A stretch of DNA of 61,840 nt, filler included, from Sphacelaria rigidula (taxonomy: Eukaryota): the NCBI GenBank assembly GCA_964200075.2. It is 6 parts of 6 records of this genome, joined end to end, with 100 filler letters (N's around TTAATTAATTAA, not from the genome) between each part and the next. Parts side by side here need not be neighbours in the genome. Positions count along the whole stretch, not along the records: positions 20,650 to 30,873 come from CAXNAA020006901.1; positions 30,974 to 41,196 come from CAXNAA020006902.1; 4 more parts are not named here. One strand, given 5' to 3'. The translations under genes and the position numbers were made by a program. Positions within the stretch are counted from its first letter, which is position 1. The number at the start of each line of letters is the position of its first letter. The notes beneath the pieces were generated by a model. The model saw only the letters and a program-made list of their open reading frames with translations, searched no databases and was not told the DNA's origin. Below are positions 25,446-36,711 of the stretch, one piece after another.

Positions 25446-27596
25446 GGGCGCACACCTTCTAGAATGAGCAGATGTTCTACATGTACGTTCTGTTCCGTCG
25501 TGTGTGGATGATGTCCACCAGATATTTCCCAAAGATATAGCGTTCAGAGACGAAGCAGAACGCGGCTGGATTGCGGCAGTGTCTGAGATTTCCGGTCGAG
25601 AATCAACGGCAGCGTACACGTATACCCGCGCAGTACAAGTAGCTACAATCACTTGGTCGAATAGAACCTTCTCTGAATAACATTTTCTTGATTTTAGTCC
25701 AAACACCGATCTTAAGATGTTTTGTCCAAATCGATCGATCCAAATCGCCGATTAAAGGTCTGCCAACGCACGCTTTGCCTACTGAACCCTCTGCACCCGC
25801 CTTTCCCGAGGATTTCGGCATGCAAGGGGCTAGGGTTAGGGGTGGGATCAGGGGGTACGAGTAGTGTTGTTTAAAAATCGTGAATCCCTGAGCAGTTTCT
25901 CCTTCGCTTTGGCCCCCCGAGGTGTCCATTTGTGCATAATTTTTACTTCAAAACGCACTGACAATTATGGCGATCCCACAAGTGGAGGCATTGACAATTA
26001 TGCCGATCCCACAAATGGGGACCTCCGGCCGTGAAAGCGATACGGAGTCATTCGACCGAGTGGTAATACGAGTTCGTACCTGACAAGCGATCTGGTTGTG
26101 CTGCCCAGCCCACAGTGCTTTTGCCTCGCTGAACAGCTCCATTCGCACCCCACAACACGTGCTCGTTGTACTGGCCTTCCCATCTTTCTTGCTGCTCGAA
26201 GCTGTGCCCGGCATTTGCACCGACTGACTCCGTTGGATACTAAAGTCGAGGAAGGACAGAGGCAAAGAGTAAACGCGTGTATGTTGTGTTGAGTTGTGTC
26301 ATCATTCCATTTCTTCCGGACGGCAGTCTACTCGTACACCTTTTGGTTTATGTGGGCGCATCAGCCGAGGTCACACGGGAGGAAGGTCAACACCCGAGGA
26401 GAAATTTCGTCGAAACTATTGGTGGGCTTTTGGACGCTGCTTGAGGTACGCAGAAAACGGTTTTCTGTGTTTGGACGGACTGAGTGTACCCGGAGGCTTT
26501 CGGCAGCGGAAAGTCTTTCGGAGAGACCCACCCTGCCCGGGAGATTTGGACCTTTGTTCATTCCCTCCGGTTTTGCAATCATGCGGCTTACTCCTAGCTA
26601 TAGGGTTGTAGCGAAAAATGAAGGTTCAACAAGTGTTGTACTGACTGTTGTGTCGGCATCCGTGGGGTTGCTCGAGTGATTTCAAGCAATGCCAAGGGAA
26701 CGGGATCGAATACGTCGTACGTAGCGAGCGGGAGTCGAACAATCGGCAATGCACATATTTCTTTTTCTCGACACAGTACCAGATCTCATTGCAACCTTCA
26801 TCACACCCTGGACAGTGTTGACTCTACTGTGGAGCGGGCACAGAGTTTGGAATGCCTTCCGCTCTGCCGCACCGCATCCGCAGGCCGGTGACGAGTAATT
26901 GTGACCGTTACACAGCTGGCAGGATCACTTGACTCACCGGACTGGCTGAACTGCACTGTGCGTTGTTTCACACCAGCTGCGGGAGCCTTTCCGTTTCAAG
27001 CAGTACAGCTTATACTCAATGAAGCTTGTCACGACCCTCCTCTCTCTTTTCCATGAGTGTATCTTACTTGTTATCACAAGTGACCGGGCTGAGTGTATAA
27101 TGGATCTGATCAGCGATCCACATCAGCTGAGCGTGTGATCTACATTTCACGTTGACATAGTCATGTCAGACCCGCGGTTCAGACGTAAGCAGGTTGCAGG
27201 GTTGGAGGGTTGCAGGTGTCTCTGTGTTTTGGTACAGCTGTCTTCAAAGATAATTCGAAAGGAACCGAATAAACGACCGAGTAAACAAGGCATGTGAATC
27301 CAAAGTAGTCAACAGCGTTGCATCGCTCGTCAGCTGTGCCTACATGCGACATTTTTTCTTCACTCAGGTTTAGAATATGACTCTGTGCGGTTCTACTATT
27401 TCGGATTTTTGTTCCGAAATCCAAGTCGAAAGGACTGTCGAAAACGGAACGGAACCCTGGTTTCAAATAAGTACACAGCAAACCGTAACAGACATCACAT
27501 CGCGGAACCTACGAAGCCAACTGCATCATATTGTGACACCTCAAATCTCTACATTTCTCCTCTCCTTCTTGCCATATAAACTTCGGCGTCATCATC

Positions 27597-27924
27597 ATGG
27601 ATTCCCATCTGGAGGAAGAAATCACGAAACTCACTCGCCCGCCGTCATCGAACAACAACACCGTACCGACACATGGTCCTCCTGCCGAAAACGGGCCACC
27701 CGAAGCGCCTCCTAGGGGAACGATTTGGAATAGCGGAGAATCTGTCGAGGTAGGAGAGGTGATGAGTGATGCGGATACTGCTGCTGCTGCGGCCGCCGCT
27801 GCGGCCGCTGCCGCTGTTCCTATTGCGCGGCTTTCGGGTTCTGGGGGGCTGGCGCGAGCTGGGAGTGCTGGGCAGCTGAGACCACACCCCGGCGGAGGCA
27901 GGAGTAATTCTGGAAGAGCCGCAG
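27597..27924 (+). CDS. Possible first exon of an unknown low-complexity (poly-Ala) protein
   Basis: ATG in CATCATGG context, GC-rich open frame, candidate donor GCAG|GTGATG; no recognisable domain. Confidence 0.3.
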
Positions 27925-30873
27925 GTGATGATTTAGGGATACACCGCAAGGAGAACACTAGCAATTCAGTGTGCTGCTAAGTACCCATGAGCGGCTTCTA
28001 AAGGCTAGATGTATCGATGGTCGGGAGATGATTCAGTTTTTAGGTCCATGGCACTCCTTATTTCGCGTTGAGGTGCTTACTTTGCTTTTTTGCTTTCAAA
28101 TTCCAGGTCAGACAGGGGTGATCATTGTGTCGACAGTACAGGTAGTTTATTTGGTTCTTAGTTGCACACTGACAGGTCAACCGCTATCGTGAACGGACAG
28201 CCACGAAGTTGGCAGCTGGTGGCATGTCAACCCCGCAGTCCGCGGCAGTCGTTTCGTTTGCGCACCTTACTCCCGTTCAAACCCTTGACCTACGGCATGC
28301 ATAATGCATCCACTAGCTGCGCAGCAGTGCGACTTGTGTTATGACCATATCAACAATGCAGTTCTACCTGTACTTGATCTGATGATTTTTGCGGAGAAAA
28401 CGCTGCACAGCTCGTCTGCGCCATTTACAAGCTGGTTTCATCAGGGACTGCAACAGCCCCTCAACGCAATTTTTCTCCAATAGCGATGAGGAGGGCCCTC
28501 AGCCCTTCCGCCTCCGGGATCCCTCAGGTGGATCACAGATGTTCACCCGAATTTTGCGGATATGCGATCTGTGGTCAAAATTGCCGACGGATCTTGGGAC
28601 ATGATCCTGATGAAATCCGCGGATTGAACATTCCGCCAAGATCTGGTTTTCTGGTGGGATCCGTCATATTTTTTCCGTGCAGATTTCTAATTGTCGGCTG
28701 ATTGACGCATCCGAATTAATTGACGCATTCGGAAACAAATAATCCGTAGTGTAGACGTTGAATAAATAAATACCTTTGCTCCTCTCAAGAATCTGGAAGA
28801 TTTTCACGAGCTGGGCCAACTTGGAAGCGGCTAAAAGCTGCCCACACCATAGCTTCCCCAGTTTCCCGAATGAACCCGATGTAAGCATATCACTGTGAAC
28901 TGCAGACGCACCTGATGACAAAGGACTGCATCGCTGTGCCATTGGCGTCCTATAGCCGATGACGTTGTACTGCATAGAGTACGGGGTGCGCCTAATATCG
29001 TTGGGCGACAGACAGCGTGTCGGAGTGTGTTTTTTTTTTTTTTCTGCGGTCGGTCACGTCAGCAATCACCCCGCATTGGGTATATGTGGGGTGCAGCAGC
29101 GTTACGCAAAAGTTTGCACGCACGGCCCAATTCGATGGCTCTTGAGCTGAAATTCACCAAGACCTTCTGCACCCAAGGAAAAGACACACTGCCGGAGCAG
29201 CTGCAGATTCTCATTGTTTTCCTGGACTTGATGACATTATCTTGTTTTTGCTGAAATTTCGAATCCCCAAACTTCCTTTTTTCTTCTTTTTTTCTTCCTT
29301 TTATCTTTGCTGCTCTCGGGATGTTCTGCATGTCGATCATAATAAGCTGCTGTCAAAATGTCAGCGTCCAACTCCTAATTTTACGCCGTGCGTCGCCTGC
29401 GCGAGAAAACTATCCACTGTTGGCTGGCCCAGCTCGTACAACCATTTTCGCTGCAGGCGGCCCAAATTATTGCCAACTAGGGATGGACTGAGTACGGTAC
29501 TTTAGATGTTCTTGGAAGCTCGATGTGCTGTGCCTCAAGAGACAGCATTTACCTATACTGTGTTCCACATTATAGCACTGTGAGTGTGAACTCCTCTTGA
29601 ACTCACGGCAACAGTACAACAGCAGCTGCCCTCTCCTCCTTCACCAGCTCATTGTTCATCATTAACCAACAATGTGGGAAAACTCCGACATATTATTGGT
29701 GTGATCGAATAATTGAACACCCCCTGTCGACACCCGATTCGTCTCCAATCCGCACATCCCAGATCCTGCTACGCTCGGACCCTCCACATTCGGCTGTCTC
29801 CCGTTGTATCTTAGCCATCTCCGCCCGCTTCGCCGTGGTCAAACCCTGAGGTGTCAGCTTCCTGCGGTCGCGAGACCAAATCGCGCGTCCGCATCCGCTG
29901 TAAGACTTGAAAGATCGGCGCGTATCCTTCTTCGACGCCGCGTCCCCGGCCCCACTAGATTCCTCGACAAACGGGGCGGGCGGGACACGTTCCGCCACCG
30001 CCGGCAGTTGTGGAAACGGCGGCGGCTTTGGGTTGCTCTACCCTGTGTCGTGGGATACTAACCTTACCTTGGCTTCGCTTTCGCCAGAGCTCTGACCGTC
30101 AGAGCTCAGTCTCACCGCCCTAGTCATGTTGAGTTTCGTGTCAGGCGCTACCTCGCCGCGATATAGGTAACCAGTTGGATGGAAATTCTGTGCTGTTCCT
30201 GTACTGTACTGTACTGTACTGTACGGCGTACTCCGGTTGTACTGTGCTGCTGGATCTCGAAAAACATGTGATGAGGGCCTGTCCTAACACTTTGCTTTTC
30301 GATCGGAGAAACGAGGCGGTAGAATCGATCTGAGCGAAAATATCTCGTTTTTATGCAGTTGGGTCCGGATGGATTCTCAAGCTTTTGATCGAAAAGAGAC
30401 GGTGAAATTTGTGAAACGGTACATGGTCACTCGTGTACAGTACAGGCAGTCTTGACTATTTGCACTGCTTGCAAGTAGGGAGTCTTGAGTGCGTGTGTGC
30501 GTGTTTCGTGCAGGAGGATATAGGGGAGAAGCGGATAACGTGCATTGCAGACAGCCCAGGACTATCAGTTCTCTCTGCTTACAATGCAACGTGAAAAGAA
30601 CTTGAGCAACGTGCAGCTTTGTACTGGCTGCACTGTCATGAGCGTGAACGCAACTCGGTTGCCCACAGTACCACGCAGTTCCGTCCCTGATGCCTACCAT
30701 GAGAAAAGATGCACGAGTTTTCGCCAACAAAAAATGAACAAAGTACACCCAACTACTGTAGTGTATCTATCCCTGTGCTCAACTCGTGCTCTATGCTGCA
30801 GGGTTGCGGTGGTAGCTGAGAATGAGTTGGATGGAATTTGCATGGTCCTGTGAACGGGTGTTATTTGGCGTGG

Positions 30874-30973
30874 NNNNNNNNNNNNNNNNNNNNNNNNNNN
30901 NNNNNNNNNNNNNNNNNTTAATTAATTAANNNNNNNNNNNNNNNNNNNNNNNNNNNNNNNNNNNNNNNNNNNN
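30874..30973. other. Artificial contig-joining spacer
   Basis: Same 100-nt structure. Confidence 0.98.
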
Positions 30974-31259
30974 GTGTTCGGCGAGTCGCATGAGGGGTGA
31001 GCTGCATCCTGCTAAGATTGCTCGGCCCGAAGCCCCCTCATTGTCTTGCATTTGGATGACAGCCTCCAATAAGTTGCTTTATTTTCTGGTATCGCCACTT
31101 CTAGAGACAGCCACGTCTTATACATTGCCTCATGGGTGTCTCACCATGTGGCCGCTGGTGAGGGGGAGGGAAATCGGAATATCGGACCCTATGAGCTTCT
31201 GTTCTGATCGGGCAAGGGAATAAATCTGCTCATGGAGTTTCAGTCAAGATCTATCTGTC

Positions 31260-32213
31260 AAGAGATGCCGTTCACTTCGGACGAGAAAGTGTCGTGAGAG
31301 TGCATGTGTGTAAGCAATGTGTGACCATCGGGATTCGCCGCGTTGTTAATGTTACGTATAGTCCAAAGCAATTGAGCTGCAGGCCATGATTGATCGAACA
31401 GGATGGCTAATCCCTCGCACTTCCGTAGGGGGTGATACTTCGGTCGTTTACCCATTGAAACAGTGAACGCCCACTGTTTCAATGGGTAAACTGTTCGCTT
31501 CTTGAAAACGCCCAGATATTTAGGTGCGACACATTTCACTCGCGATCGTTGTGCTTGTTCGTCAACATTAGGGTCCCGTCAAGGCAGGCCATTATGGCAC
31601 GGCCTCAGTCTGACACTCATTCTCAAGTGAGAATGACGCCTATTCATCAGATAGTGATAGCTGGGCAGGAGACCCGTACTTGGACGCCAATCGGGCCAGT
31701 TTCTGTGAAGATGTCGCAAAAGTTGTTCTTGGTGTATGATGGAGACATTCATGAAACATGCCGTTGCCATGTATATTCCTCATCTCATCGTTATCCGTGC
31801 GCATATTCTTCTTCTCTTTGCATCTTGCCCTTGTTCGTCTCATTACCCCTTCTTTTTGCTGTTTTTTCTTCACGTTTTCTATTGTTCTTGTTTTCTTCTG
31901 TCTCTTCACCCGAAGCCCTGCGACAGGGACCTGTCGAGGATTTTCTCTTGGGACTGGTACTAGATGTGACCTTCGCTTATTTACTATTTTTTCCCTCTTC
32001 TTTCCCTTCTATTTTTTTTTGTCCTTTTGGTTTCTGCGCTTGTTCTCTCCATTTTGTTTTTTGGACTCTTCCTTTTTCGATTTTCCATGAGTAAATGCTC
32101 TGTTTCTGTCTATTTACCTTGAGGACGCGGATCGTTTCACCCCAGTTGGACTCGTCGCGGATTACTCGATGAGCATCACCCACTCTCTCTCACTCAATCA
32201 ATCAAATCAAATC
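31260..32213 (+). mobile_element. Probable non-LTR retrotransposon 3' end with pyrimidine-rich UTR and (TCAA/TCAAA)n tail
   Basis: Long T/C-rich tract ending CACTCAATCAATCAAATCAAATCA. A weak PIETV..MGK..VRFLK remnant at ~31450-31510 is suggestive of a restriction-like endonuclease C-terminus. Confidence 0.45.
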
Positions 32214-32541
32214 ATGTCGCAGCCCACAGCATATGGCCGTCGTAGGCAACGTCACAACAGTATATTTCCCGTTGTTTGCATCTACGCACACTAAAAGCTT
32301 TCTGCAAAAACTCGCTGGATTGTTGTCAGTGGACGAAATTCAGGAACGGCAAACCCATGGACACTGAAGACAAAAGACACAGACCGCAACTTTTTTTTTC
32401 TCATGGATCCTTGTTGATTATTTCATCTGTCAAATCTAACGTGGTAACAGAGATGTCTCTGTCCCGCCACTCCCACAGACTTGGATACAAGAATGGTTAT
32501 TATTCGGAGCAACAACAGCACTTTACTGGGACCATTGATTC

Positions 32542-33094
32542 CAAGGTTGTGTTCTGTAGGGCACGTTTTTCTGTAAACCCGGGGTATTTTCCCGAGTATT
32601 TACCGCACCCTACACTTTTGTACCGGTACCTGACAGTTCTGTAAGCTCTGTAAGACTTTCATACCCTTACCCAGTTCTGTGAATTCTGTAAGCTCCCCGT
32701 ACCTTACCGGGGGCACGGGTATGCTCTTGAGAAGATACCCGGTAATGGGCACGACTTTCTGTGCAGCCTTCATACCCTGCCCGACAGTTTCTGTGAGTTT
32801 CTTACGCATCCCATACCCTTCCCCGAAAGTTCTGAGAGTTTTGTGCATAATGTATGCCCGTACCCATAGCGCGGTTTTGCCCTTGAAGAAATACCTGATT
32901 GCCGGTAAGGTTTTCTGTAAGCCTCCCGTACCGTACCCGACAAGTTCTGTAATTTCTGTCAGAATTTCAAACCGATACCCGATAGTTATGTCATTTCTGT
33001 AAGACTTTCATACCAGTACCCGATATTTTTGTAAGTTCTGTGAGGAATCCCATACCCTACAGAACATACCCGTACCCTACAGGACACAGCCTTG
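32542..33094. mobile_element. hAT-type MITE with internal tandem subrepeats
   Basis: 24-bp TIRs CAAGGTTGTGTTCTGTAGGGCACG / CGTACCCTACAGGACACAGCCTTG; perfect 8-bp TSD ATTGATTC (32534-32541 and 33095-33102); repeated TTCTGT../TACCC motifs inside. Confidence 0.92.
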
Positions 33095-33174
33095 ATTGAT
33101 TCCATGAGGTACACGGTGGCTGAATTCGTGACATTTGCGCGCTGTCGTACGACCTTTGTTCGTTTCGAAAGTAG

Positions 33175-33403
33175 ATCTGCACGGCTGGTGATACTGGGAG
33201 GCATTGCGATGATGCTGAGCTTCTCCTCAACCATCAATACAGCGTGCATGATACTCTGGGACAAGGGCGTGAGCTGGTTCTGGGTGTCGTTGCTACTGTT
33301 CGCCGTCACGCCTCTTTTCATGGGCAGCTACGTATCCCGTGCGGTGCGTCTGGCGGTGGTGTTTCATCCTCGCGCAAAGCGAGCACTCCCTTGGCTCATC
33401 CCG
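33175..33403 (+). CDS. Internal exon of a multi-pass membrane protein
   Basis: Acceptor GTAG| and donor CCG|GTGAGT; open frame SARLVILGGIAMMLSF..WFWVSLLLFAVTPLFMGSYVSRAVRLAVVFHPRAKRALPWLIP with two hydrophobic helices. Confidence 0.7.
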
Positions 33404-33994
33404 GTGAGTACCGTAAATACTTGAACGAGTTACACGAAGGCTCATCTACAACGTTTGCTGCAAACATAACGAAAACTGATCAATCATGATCTCTCTGTAC
33501 ACAAGATAGGCTCGCTATTGACAGACGCTCATGATTTATCTCGAGGCGTTAATGTTGAGCGGTGTTTCGTATACATCCATGTGCTTTTCTTTGTCGTTCG
33601 AACGACGCTCGCATGGGCGTTTTTTTGTTGTTGGGTGTCATTCTGCCATGGTATGCTGTCACCTTCATTACAGCTTGGTTCAAGGACCGCCTGGTTGATC
33701 GATACCAACCTTAACGCAATACACACGATTGCCCCCACAACCGTGTTCAGACGAGGCAAACAAGAACCAGACACAGCTTATCTTATTAACCGTATGTACA
33801 CTCAACTCAGAGCACGCCACCACCAGAAGAGAAGAAGCGTGAAAAAAAGCAGAGTGAGCCACACGCACGTGAACACAAGCCGGCAACAATTCAAGATATT
33901 TACCTGCAAGCATGTACTGACTCTTGCACATATAGAGTTCTCCACCACTAATAATGATACGGTCGGGTCGCCCGATAATGTTCGAAGTGTACCG

Positions 33995-34255
33995 GAGTCA
34001 TGCTACGATCGGGGGGGGGGGGGGAATATTGGACCGTTTTCTTCCACGAAATTCTACTTGAAATCATTGTTGAAAACAGCAACGGTTGTCCAAACGCGCT
34101 TGCTTCCGATAAAATAACGCTCACTCATCCTGCTTGACACCGATTTTACCCAAATACAAGCGCACTGCGAGTATGTTAGGTCGTCTGAAGCATTTATTAG
34201 CCCATTTTTTCGTGGAATCAACCCCCCCCCCCTCCCTCCTATCGTAGCATGACTC
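33995..34255. mobile_element. MITE with GAG..CTC termini and 4-bp TSD ACCG (Sola-like)
   Basis: TIR GAGTCATGCTACGAT / ATCGTAGCATGACTC; ACCG at 33991-33994 and 34256-34259. Confidence 0.92.
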
Positions 34256-34869
34256 ACCGGTTAATGTTGGCTGAAGCAAATCATTTCGTCAAACACGCTC
34301 CTGGTTCCACTTGACATAGGCGAACTGATGAGTCGTCGACAACACTGGACGACCAAAAACTGGCAGTAAAAACTAGGCCCGCCGGGAATAATCCAACTCA
34401 GCCGAGCAGAAGCGCTGCAAACTCGCACACTTTGCAATCGAATATTTAGAGCCTGAATTCCCTCCTCAACACTTTCCACGCATGAGCCCTTTGCGCAGAT
34501 AACTCCGTCCCATGTAAAAATCCTCCGCGTATATGCCTCTTTAAGTCGTTCATTACACTATAAAAAAACTCGACCAACTATGAATGTCAACCTGAGTTCG
34601 TAGCTGATGTCATCACGGATCAACCAAGTTTCAGCTGCGTTTCGACGCGAATCCAAACCTCCTCGTTGTTTCAAAATTGCTACTCGCCGTGTCCTCACGC
34701 GCATGGCGTAATAGGGTTACCCACTCAGACACACATTTCAGAAACCATAAACTCGATCCCTCCCAAAAAACACCCCGTATCACAACAATCGCCAAGAGAA
34801 AAACCACCCAGCGTACTCGATGTTCATTGTGGCGTTACGTCGGTACTCGATACTAAATACAGACAAAGC

Positions 34870-35223
34870 CTTGGTCATGGTGTTGACATCTTGCTATTTC
34901 GATTGTATGTACTCGACCCGAACCTTGTCCTTACTAACTAGCCCACGAGGAAGAGGATGCCGTGCGTCAATGTGCTTGCTCCGGCCACTACTCAGCGGGT
35001 TCTCGGTCAATTGTACTTCTCCTTCATACCCGGATGGACGGATTTGGGATGTCCCGCACAAAGAGCACTTCTTTGGCCACCTATACCTGGCTGCGACGTA
35101 CTCTGCTTCGGTGCTGGGCAACGATACATCGCCCTGGGTCCTCGACACACTAACCACAACCGCACATCCAAACATGAAAACGCCTCCTGTCACGGACGGC
35201 CTCACCTCTGAGTTGACATAATC
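34870..35223 (-). pseudogene. Old Ty1/copia RNase H relic (left part of the host element)
   Basis: SVTGGVF..SRTQGDVSLPSTEAEYVAA..ENPLSSGRSKHIDARH. Confidence 0.9.
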
Positions 35224-35593
35224 TGTGCAGATTGTGTATTGGACATAGATCTCATACCTATATTCTCGGGCATGCAGTTAACCAGCCTGGTGGGAGCCAG
35301 TACGGTTCAATACGAAAGTACCAATAGGAACCGTCCGGGAACCGGTACTGTAACCAGTATTCAGCAGAGCCAGAGCAGCTCCGCATCTCTGCATTGTAAG
35401 CACTATAGTTGAGGCTTAGGGCTGAGATTCAGAGAGAGGTTCAGGTAGAGGTGTACACAAGCGGGTGACATCTGGAAGGATGATGAATAGCACGGCGATG
35501 CAGCGCCCCACTCGGGTCCATCATCTGCTCAACCCATCGAGATCTCTCGTCACAATTGCCTTGCTCCGCTATAAAACACCTCACAAGTGCACA
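35224..35593 (+). repeat. 5' LTR of the copia element (370 bp)
   Basis: TGTGCA...TGCACA; roughly 93% identical by hand count to 39048-39455, and lacks a 38-bp segment present there. Confidence 0.95.
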
Positions 35594-36494
35594 GGTTCGT
35601 GAGCCTCGAGGAGTATGGGGGCAGACCCACGCAAATTGCCAGTCTGGACGAGCGCCAGCGGGCACTCGCGAGAAACACGGGACGCATGGAGACTCTTCAT
35701 CGTCGGATACGCAGGGGGGGAAGAGACTATACCCCCCGCTGCGACCGGGTTAGCCCACACCGGCCGTTCCGACAGCGACCACAACACCCGACCAGCGTAG
35801 GGCGTACGAAACGCACCGAAGCAATGCGCAGTCCTTGTGGTTCCTCCTGGCACAGGCTACGAAAGGGTCAGTCGCAGCTGTCGTCGCACGACGCGAGCAC
35901 GCCGGCTACCCCGACGGCAGGGAAGCCTGGCTGGAGATCGAAAGGGACTGCTGAGGATGTTCACAGGACGAGCGGCCTGTACAACTACTTCCATCGGAAC
36001 GAAGACTGCGGGATCTCCACTGCAATTCTTGTGAAGAATCGGCAGATTATGTGGTGAAGCTGTACACTATCTGGGGGGAATTCGAGGCGCTTGGAAACGC
36101 CACAGCCGAGGAGAGAAGAGGGCAGCTCTTCTACGCGGCATCAAAGAGGCGCTTCCACAAGTATTCATCCAGCTGACAACTCACGCCAGTTATGACGTAC
36201 GATGAGCTAAAACGGGCAGTCGTAGTATCACGAGCATGCTTGACATCTGACATGGAACGCGGCGATGATGCAGTAGCGTTCCAATCGAGAACCGACGGCA
36301 ACAATACCGACTCGAGGCTCGATAGTAATCAATGCGCCTACTGTTTAAACCGAAATTATAGATGGCGTGAGTGTCGCTCCTACCTTAAGGGCAAACCTCC
36401 GGCTACACGACCGCCGGGGATGAGCCCCGCACGAACGTTCCCACCTTTCCCACAAAACGGCAGAAGACTGCTGCCGAAATGGCCCCTCCCCGCA

Positions 36495-36711
36495 CCGGCC
36501 AAAAACGTGCACGGGGGCGATGATCGTATATGCCGTGAGAGCTGGTTTCGTGCTGCACGACGCGACTCATTTGGGTGTTATAGCTGATTTCGGACTGCTA
36601 CACGCCGCCATGTGGGCGAAAATGCTGCAAACGAGCTCAATGGTGGAATCGCAGCTGGTTTGTCGGGCGGTCTCCGGTGCACGTTTTGTGGAGGGGCTAT
36701 CTCGGCATTAG
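36495..36711 (+). mobile_element. ~217-bp interspersed element (copy 2) with asymmetric subterminal inverted repeats, inside copia gag-PR
   Basis: Matches 18597-18814; AAAACGTGCAC near the left end and GTGCACGTTTT about 24 nt from the right end. Confidence 0.88.

Noticed and set aside
29693..30130. Minus-strand GC-rich frame as a gene
   Set aside because: In-frame stop, low complexity and no recognisable domain
30850..31090. Contigs 3 and 4 being truly adjacent because both ends match repeats seen at the start of contig 1
   Set aside because: The order of the matched parts is not colinear, and contigs commonly break in high-copy repeats
32542..33094. Reiterated motifs as a CRISPR-like array
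   Set aside because: Units are degenerate with no unique spacers and no cas genes; bounded by TIRs and an 8-bp TSD, so a MITE
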